Source of the DNA: a virus
Length of the DNA: 64,000 nucleotides
Direction: 5' to 3' (one strand)
Virus record (IMG/VR): IMGVR_UViG_3300021168_000001
Coordinates: 39,270 to 103,269 of that record
Made by a program: the position numbers and the translations under genes. The notes under the pieces are model-generated. The model was not told the origin of the DNA. It saw only the letters and a list, made by a program, of their open reading frames with translations, and made no database searches. The number at the start of each line of letters is the position of its first letter. The stretch's first letter is position 1. Shown here piece after piece: positions 37,782-48,536 of this stretch.

Positions 37782-38416
37782 CTGTCTACGCTTTAGGTTC
37801 GGACGGCGCGAACGGCACCAACGTTGGCATCTTCACATCGGAGGCTGACCTTTACCGCGCCCTGGCAGATGACATCTGCTCGCCTGCCGAATTGGATAAG
37901 GCGCGAGCACTGATCGACGCTGGAAACATCGAAGGGGCCAAGGAATTCCTCATCGATGAAGTCTCGCCACCTGAGTTCTACACTTTCTCAATCGATGAGA
38001 AAGATGTTACATCCGTGCAGAACAGCGCAGCCATTACTGTACTTCGAGCGATGCGCGAAGAACTCGAAGCCATGTCCGGCTATTGGACAGAGCGTATGTC
38101 CACACTCGCGCAGGCCGCTGACGAAGTTTTGACACCGCCGCCAGCATCATCCAATGCGTTGCCAGCAAGCACTAGACCGGAGTTGCCAGAAGAATCGCAA
38201 GAGGTTGAGGTCCGCATCCGCCTTGACGTGTGGGACTTTGAGCAATTCCGCGAGGCCGCACGCAAGCGAGCTCTCGAAGACGGTCTGGACGAAGAAGAGG
38301 CTGCGGAGTATCTCGACGAAGAAGAGAAGAGTATCGGCGAGTGCGCAATGATGCTCCTCGATCCCGGTGTCGGTCCCGCAGGTTCTGACGTCGAAGAATC
38401 CTCATGCATCGAATAG
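37778..38416 (+). CDS. Acidic hypothetical protein
   Basis: ATGA-coupled 212 aa ORF. Confidence 0.6.
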   Translation: MTVYALGSDGANGTNVGIFTSEADLYRALADDICSPAELDKARALIDAGNIEGAKEFLIDEVSPPEFYTFSIDEKDVTSVQNSAAITVLRAMREELEAMSGYWTERMSTLAQAADEVLTPPPASSNALPASTRPELPEESQEVEVRIRLDVWDFEQFREAARKRALEDGLDEEEAAEYLDEEEKSIGECAMMLLDPGVGPAGSDVEESSCIE

Positions 38417-38453
38417 AACCGGCAGCGGAGCCGCTGCACAGAGAACCTTCCCC

Positions 38454-39200
38454 ATGGAAAAATCCATAATCGCGTGGACTGACAACACGTTCAACCCCTG
38501 GATGGGCTGCATGAAGGTCTCGGCCGGATGCAAGAATTGTTACGCCGAGACTCTAACCAAGAATCGAATGGGCCTCGACCTGTGGGGTCCGAACAGCACC
38601 CGCCAGGTGACTAGCGACTCGTATTGGAAGCAGCCATTTAAGTGGGCACGGGAGGCCAAGAAAGCTGGCGCGCGGCGGCGAGTCTTCTGCGGTTCTCTCT
38701 GCGACATCTTCGAATCCCATCCGATCGCCGACGAGACTCGCCCGAGGGTATGGGACATCATCAAAGCCACACCGGAGCTCGACTGGCAGCTGCTCACCAA
38801 ACGGCCGGAGAACATTGCAGCGCGGCTTCCGAAACAATGGCCACTGCCTAACGTTTGGCTCGGCACATCGATCGAAGATCGGAAGGCCTGCGCACGGCGC
38901 GACATTTTGGTGCAGGTTCCAGCTGTCGTCCATTTCCTCTCGCTGGAACCACTGCTCGAAGATATCGCTAGCACGCTCAACCTTGAAGACATCGAGTGGG
39001 CCCTGATCGGCGGCGAGAGCGGCCCTGGATACCGTCCCATGGATCACCAATGGGCTCGCAATTTGCAAGAGGCGTGCAAGAAGTCCGGCACCGCATTCTT
39101 CTTCAAACAGTCGGCTGCATTCCGCACTGAGATGGGAATCGAGCTCGACGGTCATATTGCCCGGTCCTACCCAACACCGCAGTTCAATATCTTGGTATGA
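38454..39200 (+). CDS. DUF5131 (phage Gp37/Gp68) three-Cys-motif protein
   Basis: IAWTDNTFNPWMGCMKVSAGCKNCYA, LLTKRPEN, SLEPLL, GGESG, FFFKQ. Confidence 0.92.
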   Translation: MEKSIIAWTDNTFNPWMGCMKVSAGCKNCYAETLTKNRMGLDLWGPNSTRQVTSDSYWKQPFKWAREAKKAGARRRVFCGSLCDIFESHPIADETRPRVWDIIKATPELDWQLLTKRPENIAARLPKQWPLPNVWLGTSIEDRKACARRDILVQVPAVVHFLSLEPLLEDIASTLNLEDIEWALIGGESGPGYRPMDHQWARNLQEACKKSGTAFFFKQSAAFRTEMGIELDGHIARSYPTPQFNILV

Positions 39201-39919
39201 AACGATTCTACACAGATCGACTCGTGAAGCGCTTATTCGGCGGCTACGATCACTGCGTATGCGGTGAAGGTGATTGCCCTTTTCACATCGCCTATTGCGC
39301 CTGTGGCTGCGAGGAACCGGTAAATTATCGACGCAATGGAACTCCAAATATTTGGGTGCGTGGCCATGAACGGCGCGCCAAACGATGGACAGATGAACGT
39401 CGGCAAAGCTTTTCTGCGAAAAAGAAAGGTTGCCGCGGAATCTGGAAGGGCAAGACACTGCCCGAGTCTGCCCGCGAGAACATGCGCAAGGCTCGTGTTG
39501 GAATGACGCTGTCGCCTGAACATCGACACAATATTGGTCTCAGCATCACCGGTCGCAAATTCTCAGAAGCGACTCTGGATAAATTACGCGCTCACCGCCA
39601 TACGCCAGAGACAATCGCAAAGATGAAAGGCCGCACCGGATCACGCTGCCCAGCATGGAAAGGTGGAATTTCCTCCATCAATAACGCACTTCGCAACTCA
39701 ACGGAAGCGCGCCAGTGGAAACGAGAAGTGTTTCGTCGCGATAACTTCACCTGCCAGGATTGTGGTGCGAAAAGCTCTCGCGGCCACAAGGTCCACATCC
39801 AGGCTCACCATTTGCAAAGTTGGTCAGAGTTTCCAGCACTTCGCTTTGAAGTGAGCAACGGTCTCACGCTCTGCCATCTCTGCCATGGCATTCGACACGG
39901 GCGCAAATTGCGTCCATAA
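39197..39919 (+). CDS. NUMOD3-repeat HNH endonuclease
   Basis: CACGC, NUMOD3-like repeats, VFRRDNFTCQDCG...AHH...NGLTLCHLCH. Confidence 0.85.
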   Translation: MKRFYTDRLVKRLFGGYDHCVCGEGDCPFHIAYCACGCEEPVNYRRNGTPNIWVRGHERRAKRWTDERRQSFSAKKKGCRGIWKGKTLPESARENMRKARVGMTLSPEHRHNIGLSITGRKFSEATLDKLRAHRHTPETIAKMKGRTGSRCPAWKGGISSINNALRNSTEARQWKREVFRRDNFTCQDCGAKSSRGHKVHIQAHHLQSWSEFPALRFEVSNGLTLCHLCHGIRHGRKLRP

Positions 39920-40642
39920 CCTGCTGCGCATAGTGCAGCACCACTGAGGGCTTATGCACAGAGGCGATCCACAACGACAGATCAACGAGGGCGACATCCG
40001 CGTGATGGCGAACAAGGCGGCGCAGCGAATTCTTCAAGGGCATTCCGTGTTCGTTAATTCGTCGAAACATGTGCGCGTCGAGGGATTAGAAGCACATCTC
40101 GAAGTTGGCATGTTCGCCGACGAGCACCAACTCACCCACATCATCGCCGAAGCGCTCAAGGAGTATTGGGGAGTCAAATGAACGAACAATTGAAACGTCT
40201 TCGCGATCTTTTGGACGAGGATAACCAGGCAAGTCTCGCGTTGGTTATAGACTGCATCATTCGGAAACGTCTCGATCTAGTCGATGATGCCGCCGCAGTG
40301 GCAGCTAGCGTTATCGAAACTGGTGAACGCACACAAGCAGCCGATCAAATGTATCAGAGAGTTTTTCTTGCTTTGCGGGAACAAAGCGCCGAGGGAGTAT
40401 TTCGGACTATAACAGATGAAAGATTCAATCAGCTGGTCAACGGCCCACTGCATCACCCCATGCCAATGTTCTCTCTCATGCGAATGATGATGGCTTTGCG
40501 ATTCGTGGTCGACACAACCGGGGAAGCAGGCGAGCGCGCTCTCGAAGAGCACTGCGCAGAACGTCAGGCGGCAGACGAAGAATCGCCAATCGAGGACTTT
40601 TAGTCAATCGCGCGGGTATCCAACCGCTTTACGGAGATGAGA

Positions 40643-41506
40643 ATGTCATTCCAGCAGATATTCGCCCCTGAGCCGCAGCAAGCAATGGGCTTCGCGCAGG
40701 TTCCCCAATCCGGGCTTGAATTTCCCCTCTCACTTGCGGAAAGGTATCAGCCTACACGCCTCGCCGAGTTTATCGGTCTCGAGCGCCCTAAGGCGGTCCT
40801 AACGGGCCTATTGCGCAAGCCTCGCGCCTGCTCTCTGCTCTTTGTCGGACCGCCCGGCGCAGGCAAGACCGTCGCCGGCATTGCCTTCGCGACGGAGCTC
40901 GGCGGATCCCTAAAGCATCTTGCTGCCCAGAAGTGTGACGTAGCCAGGATCGACAGCCTGCGCGACGAAGTGGCGTATGCCCCGAAGGGCGGCTGGTGGA
41001 CAGTGCTGATCGATGAAGCCGATGGCATGACCGACAAAGCGCAGCTTGCTCTGTTGTCCTGCATGGACGGAACGGCCGCGCTCAAGCCCACATTTGGCGG
41101 CGGCTTCGAGCGTGGCGCTCCGCCTCCAGTGGTCTACGTGTTCACCTGCAACGGATGGGGCCCGAAGCAGACAGAACCGCCGATCTCGCTCCTGCCTCGG
41201 TTCAAGAGCCGGTGCATGCAGATCGAATTCGACGCCGCGACGGAGCAGGACTTGGCTGGTTTCCTCGAGCGCATCTGGAAAGCCGAAGGCGGCTCATCGA
41301 ATGTAACATCGGACTGGTTCCGGTTCATGGCTCGGGGCGTCGGCGTGCGCGATGCTCTGATGCGGATGGACACCGATCTGTTGGCCGGTCCCAGGCCGAT
41401 CGAGATTCCAGTCTCGACTGCAAAGGTGGTCAACATCACCAACGATCGAGGCGCCGCTGCGCGCAAAGCATGGGAAACACGCAGGGCGAGAGCGGGTGCG
41501 CGATGA
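40643..41506 (+). CDS. Clamp-loader-like AAA+ ATPase
   Basis: ERYQPTRLAEFIG, GPPGAGKT, LIDEAD, SRC motif; C-terminal KAWET motif. Confidence 0.8.
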   Translation: MSFQQIFAPEPQQAMGFAQVPQSGLEFPLSLAERYQPTRLAEFIGLERPKAVLTGLLRKPRACSLLFVGPPGAGKTVAGIAFATELGGSLKHLAAQKCDVARIDSLRDEVAYAPKGGWWTVLIDEADGMTDKAQLALLSCMDGTAALKPTFGGGFERGAPPPVVYVFTCNGWGPKQTEPPISLLPRFKSRCMQIEFDAATEQDLAGFLERIWKAEGGSSNVTSDWFRFMARGVGVRDALMRMDTDLLAGPRPIEIPVSTAKVVNITNDRGAAARKAWETRRARAGAR

Positions 41507-41703
41507 GCGAAGAACTGAAAGCTTGCCCGTTCTGCGATGGCACACCTTTTATCCGCGAAGGTGGCAATCCATTCCTCAGTGTCCGCGAAGACGCTCACTG
41601 GTCTATTATGTGCGGGCGCGGATCGTGCATGGCCGAAGGTCCGCGCAGAGATACGAGAGAAGAGGCCATCGTCGCTTGGAATCACAGGGCAGGTGCGAAA
41701 TGA
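41503..41703 (+). CDS. Lar-like restriction alleviation protein
   Basis: MSEELKACPFC...C..GP...REEAIVAWNHR. Confidence 0.7.
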   Translation: MSEELKACPFCDGTPFIREGGNPFLSVREDAHWSIMCGRGSCMAEGPRRDTREEAIVAWNHRAGAK

Positions 41704-42179
41704 GCATGTTCTCATTCCCGCGAGGCGTAAAGTATGCCATCAATGAAGGCCACGGGCTCCGCTTTGTTACCTTCGCCGACATCAAGGCCGAAAGAATCGC
41801 AAAACAGAGGAGGCACCTTAATCGCGTACTCGCTACCACGTCGACACAGCGGCGTGCCTGCCTGATTTGGACATTTTTCGTGCCAGGTGTGATCTATGGA
41901 GGTTGGCACCTCTACATACGAACCATCGAAGAAAGCCTATGGCTTCATCCTCGGCTCGGTGCACGCGATCTTTCTGAAGGCCTGACGCTGGACATCATGC
42001 GCATGTTTCCTTGTAGATTCCTGCCCATCCTTCAAAACTTCGAAGCGTGGAAAGAGGCCTTCGCTCGCCAGCACACCTATGGCAGAAAGCGCGGCGGCAA
42101 AGTGCAAGGAATCGTTTTTGGCTGGACGGATTTGCAAGCTGGAGACCCATGTCCGAGAAACTTCGAGGTATCTCGATGA
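41700..42179 (+). CDS. Hypothetical protein
   Basis: ATGA-coupled on both sides. Confidence 0.5.
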   Translation: MSMFSFPRGVKYAINEGHGLRFVTFADIKAERIAKQRRHLNRVLATTSTQRRACLIWTFFVPGVIYGGWHLYIRTIEESLWLHPRLGARDLSEGLTLDIMRMFPCRFLPILQNFEAWKEAFARQHTYGRKRGGKVQGIVFGWTDLQAGDPCPRNFEVSR

Positions 42180-42484
42180 CCGTCTCCTGCTCACTCTGCG
42201 GCCAGGAATGGCCACGCGATCCAGCGCTCGAAGTCGAATGCCCAAAGTGCCACGCGAAGGTCGGACACTATTGCATTGTGCGTCGGCCTTCCGGCCACAC
42301 CGCTAACTTTGGCCAGAAGGATCTGATCCACCCACAGCGCGACCAGCTTGCGATGGATAACGGATTCCTGCGACGGTGCCCGGCTTCTCCTAAAATCGAG
42401 CAGGCTCACTGCAAACTGCACACCCAGTATGTCGCCGAATGTTTTCGCTGCCGGGAACTGCAGCAGATGGAGTTGGCGCTATGA
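42176..42484 (+). CDS. Zn-finger protein
   Basis: CSLC, ALEVECPKCHA..G..C...H..R. Confidence 0.55.
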   Translation: MTVSCSLCGQEWPRDPALEVECPKCHAKVGHYCIVRRPSGHTANFGQKDLIHPQRDQLAMDNGFLRRCPASPKIEQAHCKLHTQYVAECFRCRELQQMELAL

Positions 42485-42957
42485 CAGAGCGGATCGAATT
42501 CGGAATGCCGCGCACGTCTTGCTCATGCCGCGAATGCCGCCGCAATTGCTTATATATGCCAGGTTTTCTGATCCCCACCGACCTTGACCGCATGATTCCT
42601 CAAGATGTGGACCCTTTTGAGTGGGCCGATATCAACCTGCTCGCTAGTCCCGGCGCAATTGTGATTCGTGCTGGACAGCTTGCGAGAATACCAACATTGG
42701 TTCCGGCCACAAAGCCTGATGGCTCGTGTATTCATTATCGCCAGCATCGGTGCCAGATTCACGATACCTCACCATTCGGGTGCGCGTTCTTTGATTGCAG
42801 CGGCGATCCTGCGCAGGAGCAGCTCTCGCACATTGGTATCCGCGCTGTCTGCGTGAGCCTGGACAGCCTCTATGCTCGCATCTGGCTTCATCTCTGGAAT
42901 GCCGGACGCCGGCAGGATGGACCAGAAGTAATTCGTGAGAGGATGGGCGAGCTATGA
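42481..42957 (+). CDS. YkgJ-like cysteine-cluster protein
   Basis: CSCRECRRNC...GSCIHY...CQIH..SPFGC. Confidence 0.6.
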   Translation: MTERIEFGMPRTSCSCRECRRNCLYMPGFLIPTDLDRMIPQDVDPFEWADINLLASPGAIVIRAGQLARIPTLVPATKPDGSCIHYRQHRCQIHDTSPFGCAFFDCSGDPAQEQLSHIGIRAVCVSLDSLYARIWLHLWNAGRRQDGPEVIRERMGEL

Positions 42958-43356
42958 CTACACAAGAGCTCTACGAGAAGATGCGCGTGACGGCACGCCA
43001 GGACTCAAACTCTTGGGATGATTTGGATTTCTGTACTGGCTTCGATGACAATGCATCGGACGCCGATGGTGAATTCTTCCTCTGGAGCGAGTTGTCGGAA
43101 AATACGCGAGCTATCTTTTCCCAGCGCTCTCAGCCTTGGCTAAGCCGCTATGAGGCCGGTGCGCAATGACAGGTTTATTTGGGCGGAAAGACGAACAGCG
43201 CACAGCTGATCCCGATAACTATACGACATGGGATTCCGTGAGCACTGGCGGAGAATATCCGACCACTTTTTATGTTTGCCCGGTGTGCTTCTGCTTAGTA
43301 GGACAATGGTGGAATCCGGAAAAGCACATCGCGTTTCACAGAAAGGCGGGTGATCT

Positions 43357-43692
43357 ATGAACGGCTACCTCGGCGAGACACCTATCAACATCGCAGAGCA
43401 CCCAGACTACAAAAGCTGGCCGGTTGCCCAGTGGGCTCTTCTTTATATCCACATGTACGGACAAATCGACGGCGACGATCACAAGGGATGGGTCCTCGAC
43501 CAAGTTGCTCGCATCCTCCTAGGCACTCCAGTTATGGTCTCACTGGCCAAATGGGATAACGGCCATGAGGAGGAACGATTCAATACAGGACAACCAAGCG
43601 CCGATTATCTTGGATGGGTGGAAATGATGCGCGGCAAAACCGATGAAAACGGCGAGCGCGAATACAGCTACGACGAAGGGATCGCGCCATGA
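43357..43692 (+). CDS. Conserved phage hypothetical protein
   Basis: YGQIDGDDHKGWVLDQVAR...DEGIAP. Confidence 0.6.
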   Translation: MNGYLGETPINIAEHPDYKSWPVAQWALLYIHMYGQIDGDDHKGWVLDQVARILLGTPVMVSLAKWDNGHEEERFNTGQPSADYLGWVEMMRGKTDENGEREYSYDEGIAP

Positions 43693-44878
43693 TCATTTCT
43701 TGTATCGGAATAGCTCTGATCGCTTTGAGCATCGCGGTCACTATACTGAGTGTCGCAGTTTTCAGGATTAGCCGCCGACTGGCAAAACTGGAAGGCACAA
43801 CGAAAGGACAAACCCAATGAGCGAACCAGTAACCACTACGCAGCAGCGAGTGGCCATGATGAACGGTGCACGACCAAAACTCTCCGAGTATGTTGATGAA
43901 CTCGAGATTACGCTTCAGGATTTGTTGATATCCGCCGAAATTGAGATCGGCGAAGAATCTTCAGCTGTGCTTGCTGCCCACAATATTCTCAACAAAGGCA
44001 AAGCGGTTATTCCAATCGTTCTTGGCACCAAGTACAACGGCATCCGCTGATGGAAGACATCGAGCGCCACTTCATCCACCTAATCCCAGCCTCGACGCCG
44101 GTCTACAAGACCGACAAGAGAGAGAAGCAGAGAACGAAGGCCTTCCCTCCGGCAAAGACTCTAGCGCGTACGGATGAAGCCTGCACTATCGAACTCCAGT
44201 CGCCGGCGCCGGAGCGCGGAATGTGGAAGATTACTTGCAACGACTGCGAAGCCTGGGCAGTGGTCAGCGTCGAGCATTCCGTGCGTGATCCGAAGTTGTT
44301 CGAACTGCCTTGCGGCACACCGAAGCGAAAGGAGTTTCCATGATCTATATCTCAGTTGGTCCCAAGAATCAAAGACTGATCATCCTGGACGCGCACAATC
44401 TCGAAGCCCTCAAGAAAGGAAAGCAGGCGGCGACGCCAGACAAGCATGTAATGATTGCCTACACACCAGACATCGGATGGACTGCAGAGCAGCTTATCCA
44501 GATGAGTGGGGTATTCGTCGGCTCTGGAGGGTTAGTAGGGATCGATCCGTTCAAACTGGATGCGATTCTCGAAGAAGGCCTGACCCGGCCCATCGCACCT
44601 CAACAACCAGAGCACCCACACATCGACGTTCTCAAAGGCACGAAAACCCATGGCTGAACATTGGTGGTGCGTATCATGTATGCGCCGAGTCGAGGTGTCA
44701 CTGTCGCGGATAGCAATCAACGAACCTGACTATCGAATCCTGGAACGTCACTTTGTAACCGCGCCCACTGGCAAGGACGCCGAAAATATGATCCGCCTTG
44801 GATTCTCTTTTACCGATCCACTCAACGATTGGAAGTTCGAAGCGCACGGTCCACTAGACAATTGGAAAGGCCCAACCC

Positions 44879-47071
44879 ATGACTGAAGTACGAGACATCA
44901 AGCACTTCCACTTTTGCTGCGGCGTTGGCGGTGCCGCCCTTGGTTTCAATCGCGGACGGGCAGAGGCGAACGGCCTGCGCGGAAACTTCCGCTGCCTTGG
45001 CGGGGTCGACTGCGATCCGGCCGTCATCCGCGACTTCACCCGGCGCACTGGGACCCGCGGAACCGTGCTCGATCTCTTCGACCACCAACAGTACGCCGAC
45101 TTTCACGGACACCTGCCTCCAGCCGATTGGCGCGAGGCCACACCCGAGGACATCCAACGCGCTGCTGGCTACGAACGGCCGAACCTTGTCTTCATCTCTG
45201 CGCCGTGCAAGGGATTCAGCGGGCTGCTCTCCGAGAGCCGCTCTAAGTCCGGAAAGTATCAGGCTCTCAACCAACTCGCGCTGCGCTGCATATGGCTCAT
45301 GTGCGAGGCATGGTCCGACGATCCGCCCGAGCTTATCGTCTTCGAGAATGTGCCGCGCATTGCCACGCGAGGCCGATCACTTCTCGATCGCATCTCCGCT
45401 CTGGCCAACGCCTATGGCTACGCCTGCGCCGAGACCTTCCACGACTGCGGAGAGATTGGAGGCCTTGCCCAATCTCGCAAGCGATTCCTCATGGTAATGC
45501 GCCACGTCGCCAAGGTACCGGCATTCCTCTACGAGCCACCGAAGCGGCCACTTCGCGCGGTCGGCGAGATCCTCGAGCAGCTTCCGCTGCCAGGCGACAT
45601 GCGCGGCGGCCCGATGCACTCGCTGCCAAACCTTCAGTGGAAGACATGGGTACGCCTCGCGTTCGTCGAGGCCGGGTCGGACTGGCGATCGCTCAACAAG
45701 CTACGCGTGGTCGACGGCAAGCTGGCCGACTATCTGCTAATCCCGGAGCGGCTGCGCAATGACAATCTCGGCGTGACCGAGTGGACTGAACCTTCCGGCA
45801 CCATCACCGGAGACGCGCGCACGGGCAAAGGCGGATTTGCAGTCGCGGATCCCAGGTGCGACGGCGAGCACTCGTATTCACAGTATGGTGTGCGCAGCTG
45901 GAATCAGCCCAGCGCAACACTCACCGCACACCGCTCTCCAGGTCAGGGCCCATTCTCTGTGGCCGATCCTCGCGCCGCTTCTAAGGTGTTCAGCGGCCAC
46001 GGCGTTGCATCATGGGATGCTCCGAGCGGTGCGGTCGCCGGCGAGAGCTGGCCAACGAATGGGCAATTCGCGGTCGCGGACCCGCGCTTCAGCTACGGCG
46101 AGCACACACACAAGAATGTGTTTCGTGTGGTGCACTGGGACGAAGCCAGCCAGACCATCTCGAGCGGCCACGGCCCATCATCGGGCGGCATGAACGTTGC
46201 CGATCCCAGGTTCTCTACGTCCGACAACTCGCACCAGAACATCATGCGAATCGTCGGCTATGATGAGCCAGCCAACGCAATCACTGGCGCGTCACACGTA
46301 ACCGGAGGAGCATCATGCATCGCCGACCCCCGCACTGGTTGGGCCCGACACAGCAATAACCTTACCGTGGAGCGCTGGGACGAACCATCAAAGACCGTCA
46401 TCGGCGGCGGCAAAGGCGTGCAAGGCGGCTGGCTTTCGATCGCCGATCCGCGGTGGCCGAACTCCCAAGGCGAGCACACCGGCAAATACCACGTCATCCC
46501 TTACGACGAACCGGCGCGAACCATTACCGGCAATGACCGCATCGGCAGCGGTGCGCTCTGCGTCGCTGATCCCCGCGCTGGCTTGAAGAACAGAAACGGC
46601 CAGGACCGCGAGAAGGGCGACGACTACCTCACTGGCGGTCAGTACGGCGTGGTTCCCTGGACGAACCCATCGTATGCAGTTTCCGGCGCCGCCCAGCATG
46701 ACAGCGGACCATGGAACGTGGCCGACCCGCGCATGCCGGAACCTGCAGAAAAGGTCTCGGCGTTGATCATCTCTCTCGACAACACTTGGCACCGGCCATT
46801 CACCACACTCGAGCTCGCCGCGCTCCAGTCGCTCGTTGACCCGGGCGAGCTCTTCGGGCCGGAGGCCTTCAATTACGATGGCAAGTCCGATTCGGCCAAG
46901 CGCGAACGCATCGGCAACGCTGTGCCGCCAGCCGCTGCGCAAGCCATCGCCGACACCATGGGCCACACGCTGCTTCTCGCATGGTCCGGCCAAACCTTCG
47001 CACTCTCTTGCCTACCGATTTGGGTGCGCCCCGTCGCAGTGGCCTTGAGCGTAGACGTACCAGTGGAGTGA
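44879..47071 (+). CDS. DNA cytosine-C5 methyltransferase with 8 internal ADPR repeats
   Basis: FCCGVGG (I), SAPCKGFS (IV), FENV (VI), QSRKR (VIII), IGNAVPP (X). Confidence 0.9.
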   Translation: MTEVRDIKHFHFCCGVGGAALGFNRGRAEANGLRGNFRCLGGVDCDPAVIRDFTRRTGTRGTVLDLFDHQQYADFHGHLPPADWREATPEDIQRAAGYERPNLVFISAPCKGFSGLLSESRSKSGKYQALNQLALRCIWLMCEAWSDDPPELIVFENVPRIATRGRSLLDRISALANAYGYACAETFHDCGEIGGLAQSRKRFLMVMRHVAKVPAFLYEPPKRPLRAVGEILEQLPLPGDMRGGPMHSLPNLQWKTWVRLAFVEAGSDWRSLNKLRVVDGKLADYLLIPERLRNDNLGVTEWTEPSGTITGDARTGKGGFAVADPRCDGEHSYSQYGVRSWNQPSATLTAHRSPGQGPFSVADPRAASKVFSGHGVASWDAPSGAVAGESWPTNGQFAVADPRFSYGEHTHKNVFRVVHWDEASQTISSGHGPSSGGMNVADPRFSTSDNSHQNIMRIVGYDEPANAITGASHVTGGASCIADPRTGWARHSNNLTVERWDEPSKTVIGGGKGVQGGWLSIADPRWPNSQGEHTGKYHVIPYDEPARTITGNDRIGSGALCVADPRAGLKNRNGQDREKGDDYLTGGQYGVVPWTNPSYAVSGAAQHDSGPWNVADPRMPEPAEKVSALIISLDNTWHRPFTTLELAALQSLVDPGELFGPEAFNYDGKSDSAKRERIGNAVPPAAAQAIADTMGHTLLLAWSGQTFALSCLPIWVRPVAVALSVDVPVE

Positions 47072-47871
47072 ACATGACCAAGGACGCGATACAAACAGGC
47101 TATTACTGGATTCGCCTTTTATCCAAGCCACCAAATTTCTTCTCACCGCCTGACAGCGAGCCGCTGATCGCATGGCACGAGTATGGCAATTGGTGGCCGA
47201 AGGATCATCCATGTTCCGCCGACTCTCCTATCGGGTTCAATATCGAAGTCCTTTCAGCCCGCCTAAAGCCACCACAGATGCCGCACGACTTGCCTGACCA
47301 CGTGGTCAGCGTCATCGTTTCCGCACATCGCTGCCCGATGTGCCTCGGCCATATAGAACCGACGTACCTGCTGTATCCAGGTGTCTACGAAAGTTTGAAA
47401 TGCAGGGAATGCGGCTACGATGCAAAGCCATGGATCGACGCCAGTCGCGCACGACACGAGGCCGCGCACGATGCAAGGGAGGGATGATGCACTGGAACGC
47501 ATGGTGGGGAAAGAGCTTCAGCGTCACCCGCTACTGGTCAGTGAACCTCTGGCCATCGGTGGAGTTCACATGGATCTGCGGCAACCAGAGTTTCCACGTC
47601 GATACAAAGTGGCTGCTCTGGGAGTTCAAGATCAACACGTTTTGGAGAAATGAGGAGGTCGCCACTGAGCCGGTTCCACCGGACGACGGTCCTGACTTCT
47701 CCTGCCAAAAGTGCGGGAAGGAATGCGATGTCGCTCCTCAGCCTCCGGCGCGCGCGATCTGCGAGGACTGCTGCGAAGACCACGAATACGTCTACGAGCA
47801 AGGCGAGCGCGGCCACTTCTGCAAGCACTGCAACAAGCCGGCACCACCAGATTGGTTCGACGACTAGATTT

Positions 47872-48087
47872 TTACTTGCGGAGTCGTGGTATTCCAGGCG
47901 ATCCAAGATACGCGAAGACACCGAAGACATTCAGCAGCCACAGCACAACGCAAATGACCACCACGATGTTAAGGATGTACTTAATTTTTGCATCCATCGG
48001 GACGTAGGCATTGACCAGCCACAGTAGCACCCCAATTGCGATCAGAGTGATTATCAGACCCAGCAAACCCATAAGCGGCACTCCCAC
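47872..48087 (-). CDS. Small two-TM membrane protein (Thivi_2564-like)
   Basis: GVLLWLVNAYVPMDAKIKYILNIVVVICVVLWLL. Confidence 0.7.
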   Translation of the reverse strand: MGVPLMGLLGLIITLIAIGVLLWLVNAYVPMDAKIKYILNIVVVICVVLWLLNVFGVFAYLGSPGIPRLRK

Positions 48088-48281
48088 AACACTCTAGGTT
48101 GGATGCCGCTTTCTCCGGAGGAACATGAGAAGGCCACGCATCCACTTCAGCAACCGCTACAGCATGAATAGAGATAGGGACAAGATCTGGCGGAAAGGGC
48201 TATACACTCCGGTCGGCCGGCGCGGCGAATTAATCGCTTTCCTTGGTTCGGTGTTGCTGCTCTTGGCATTGTTCCTGGCGA

Positions 48282-48536
48282 TCAGAACCTGTAACCGGCC
48301 ACATACTTCCCATCCAACGCCGGCGCAGGTTTCTTTTTCTTCTCCGCCGCGGTCGTATTTTGCCTGTAATTCCAATTGGGATGCTTCTGCGGACCTGGAC
48401 ACCGCTTCGGAAGGCCTTCCTTCCCGGGAGCTCTAAGCCAGGCCCGATCTATTCCCAGGTCAGCGCAGGCATCGCATGTGTAAACCAAGCGCCCAGTTCT
48501 AGTTTTCTCAATCGCCATCGGATGAGATTGTACCAT
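48282..48536 (-). CDS. Small Zn-ribbon protein
   Basis: CDAC...W...PKRCP...WN. Confidence 0.45.
   Translation of the reverse strand: MVQSHPMAIEKTRTGRLVYTCDACADLGIDRAWLRAPGKEGLPKRCPGPQKHPNWNYRQNTTAAEKKKKPAPALDGKYVAGYRF

Noticed and set aside
44879-47071. Diversity-generating retroelement behind the MTase repeats
   Set aside because: No reverse transcriptase in the window, and the repeats diverge broadly rather than at adenines only.
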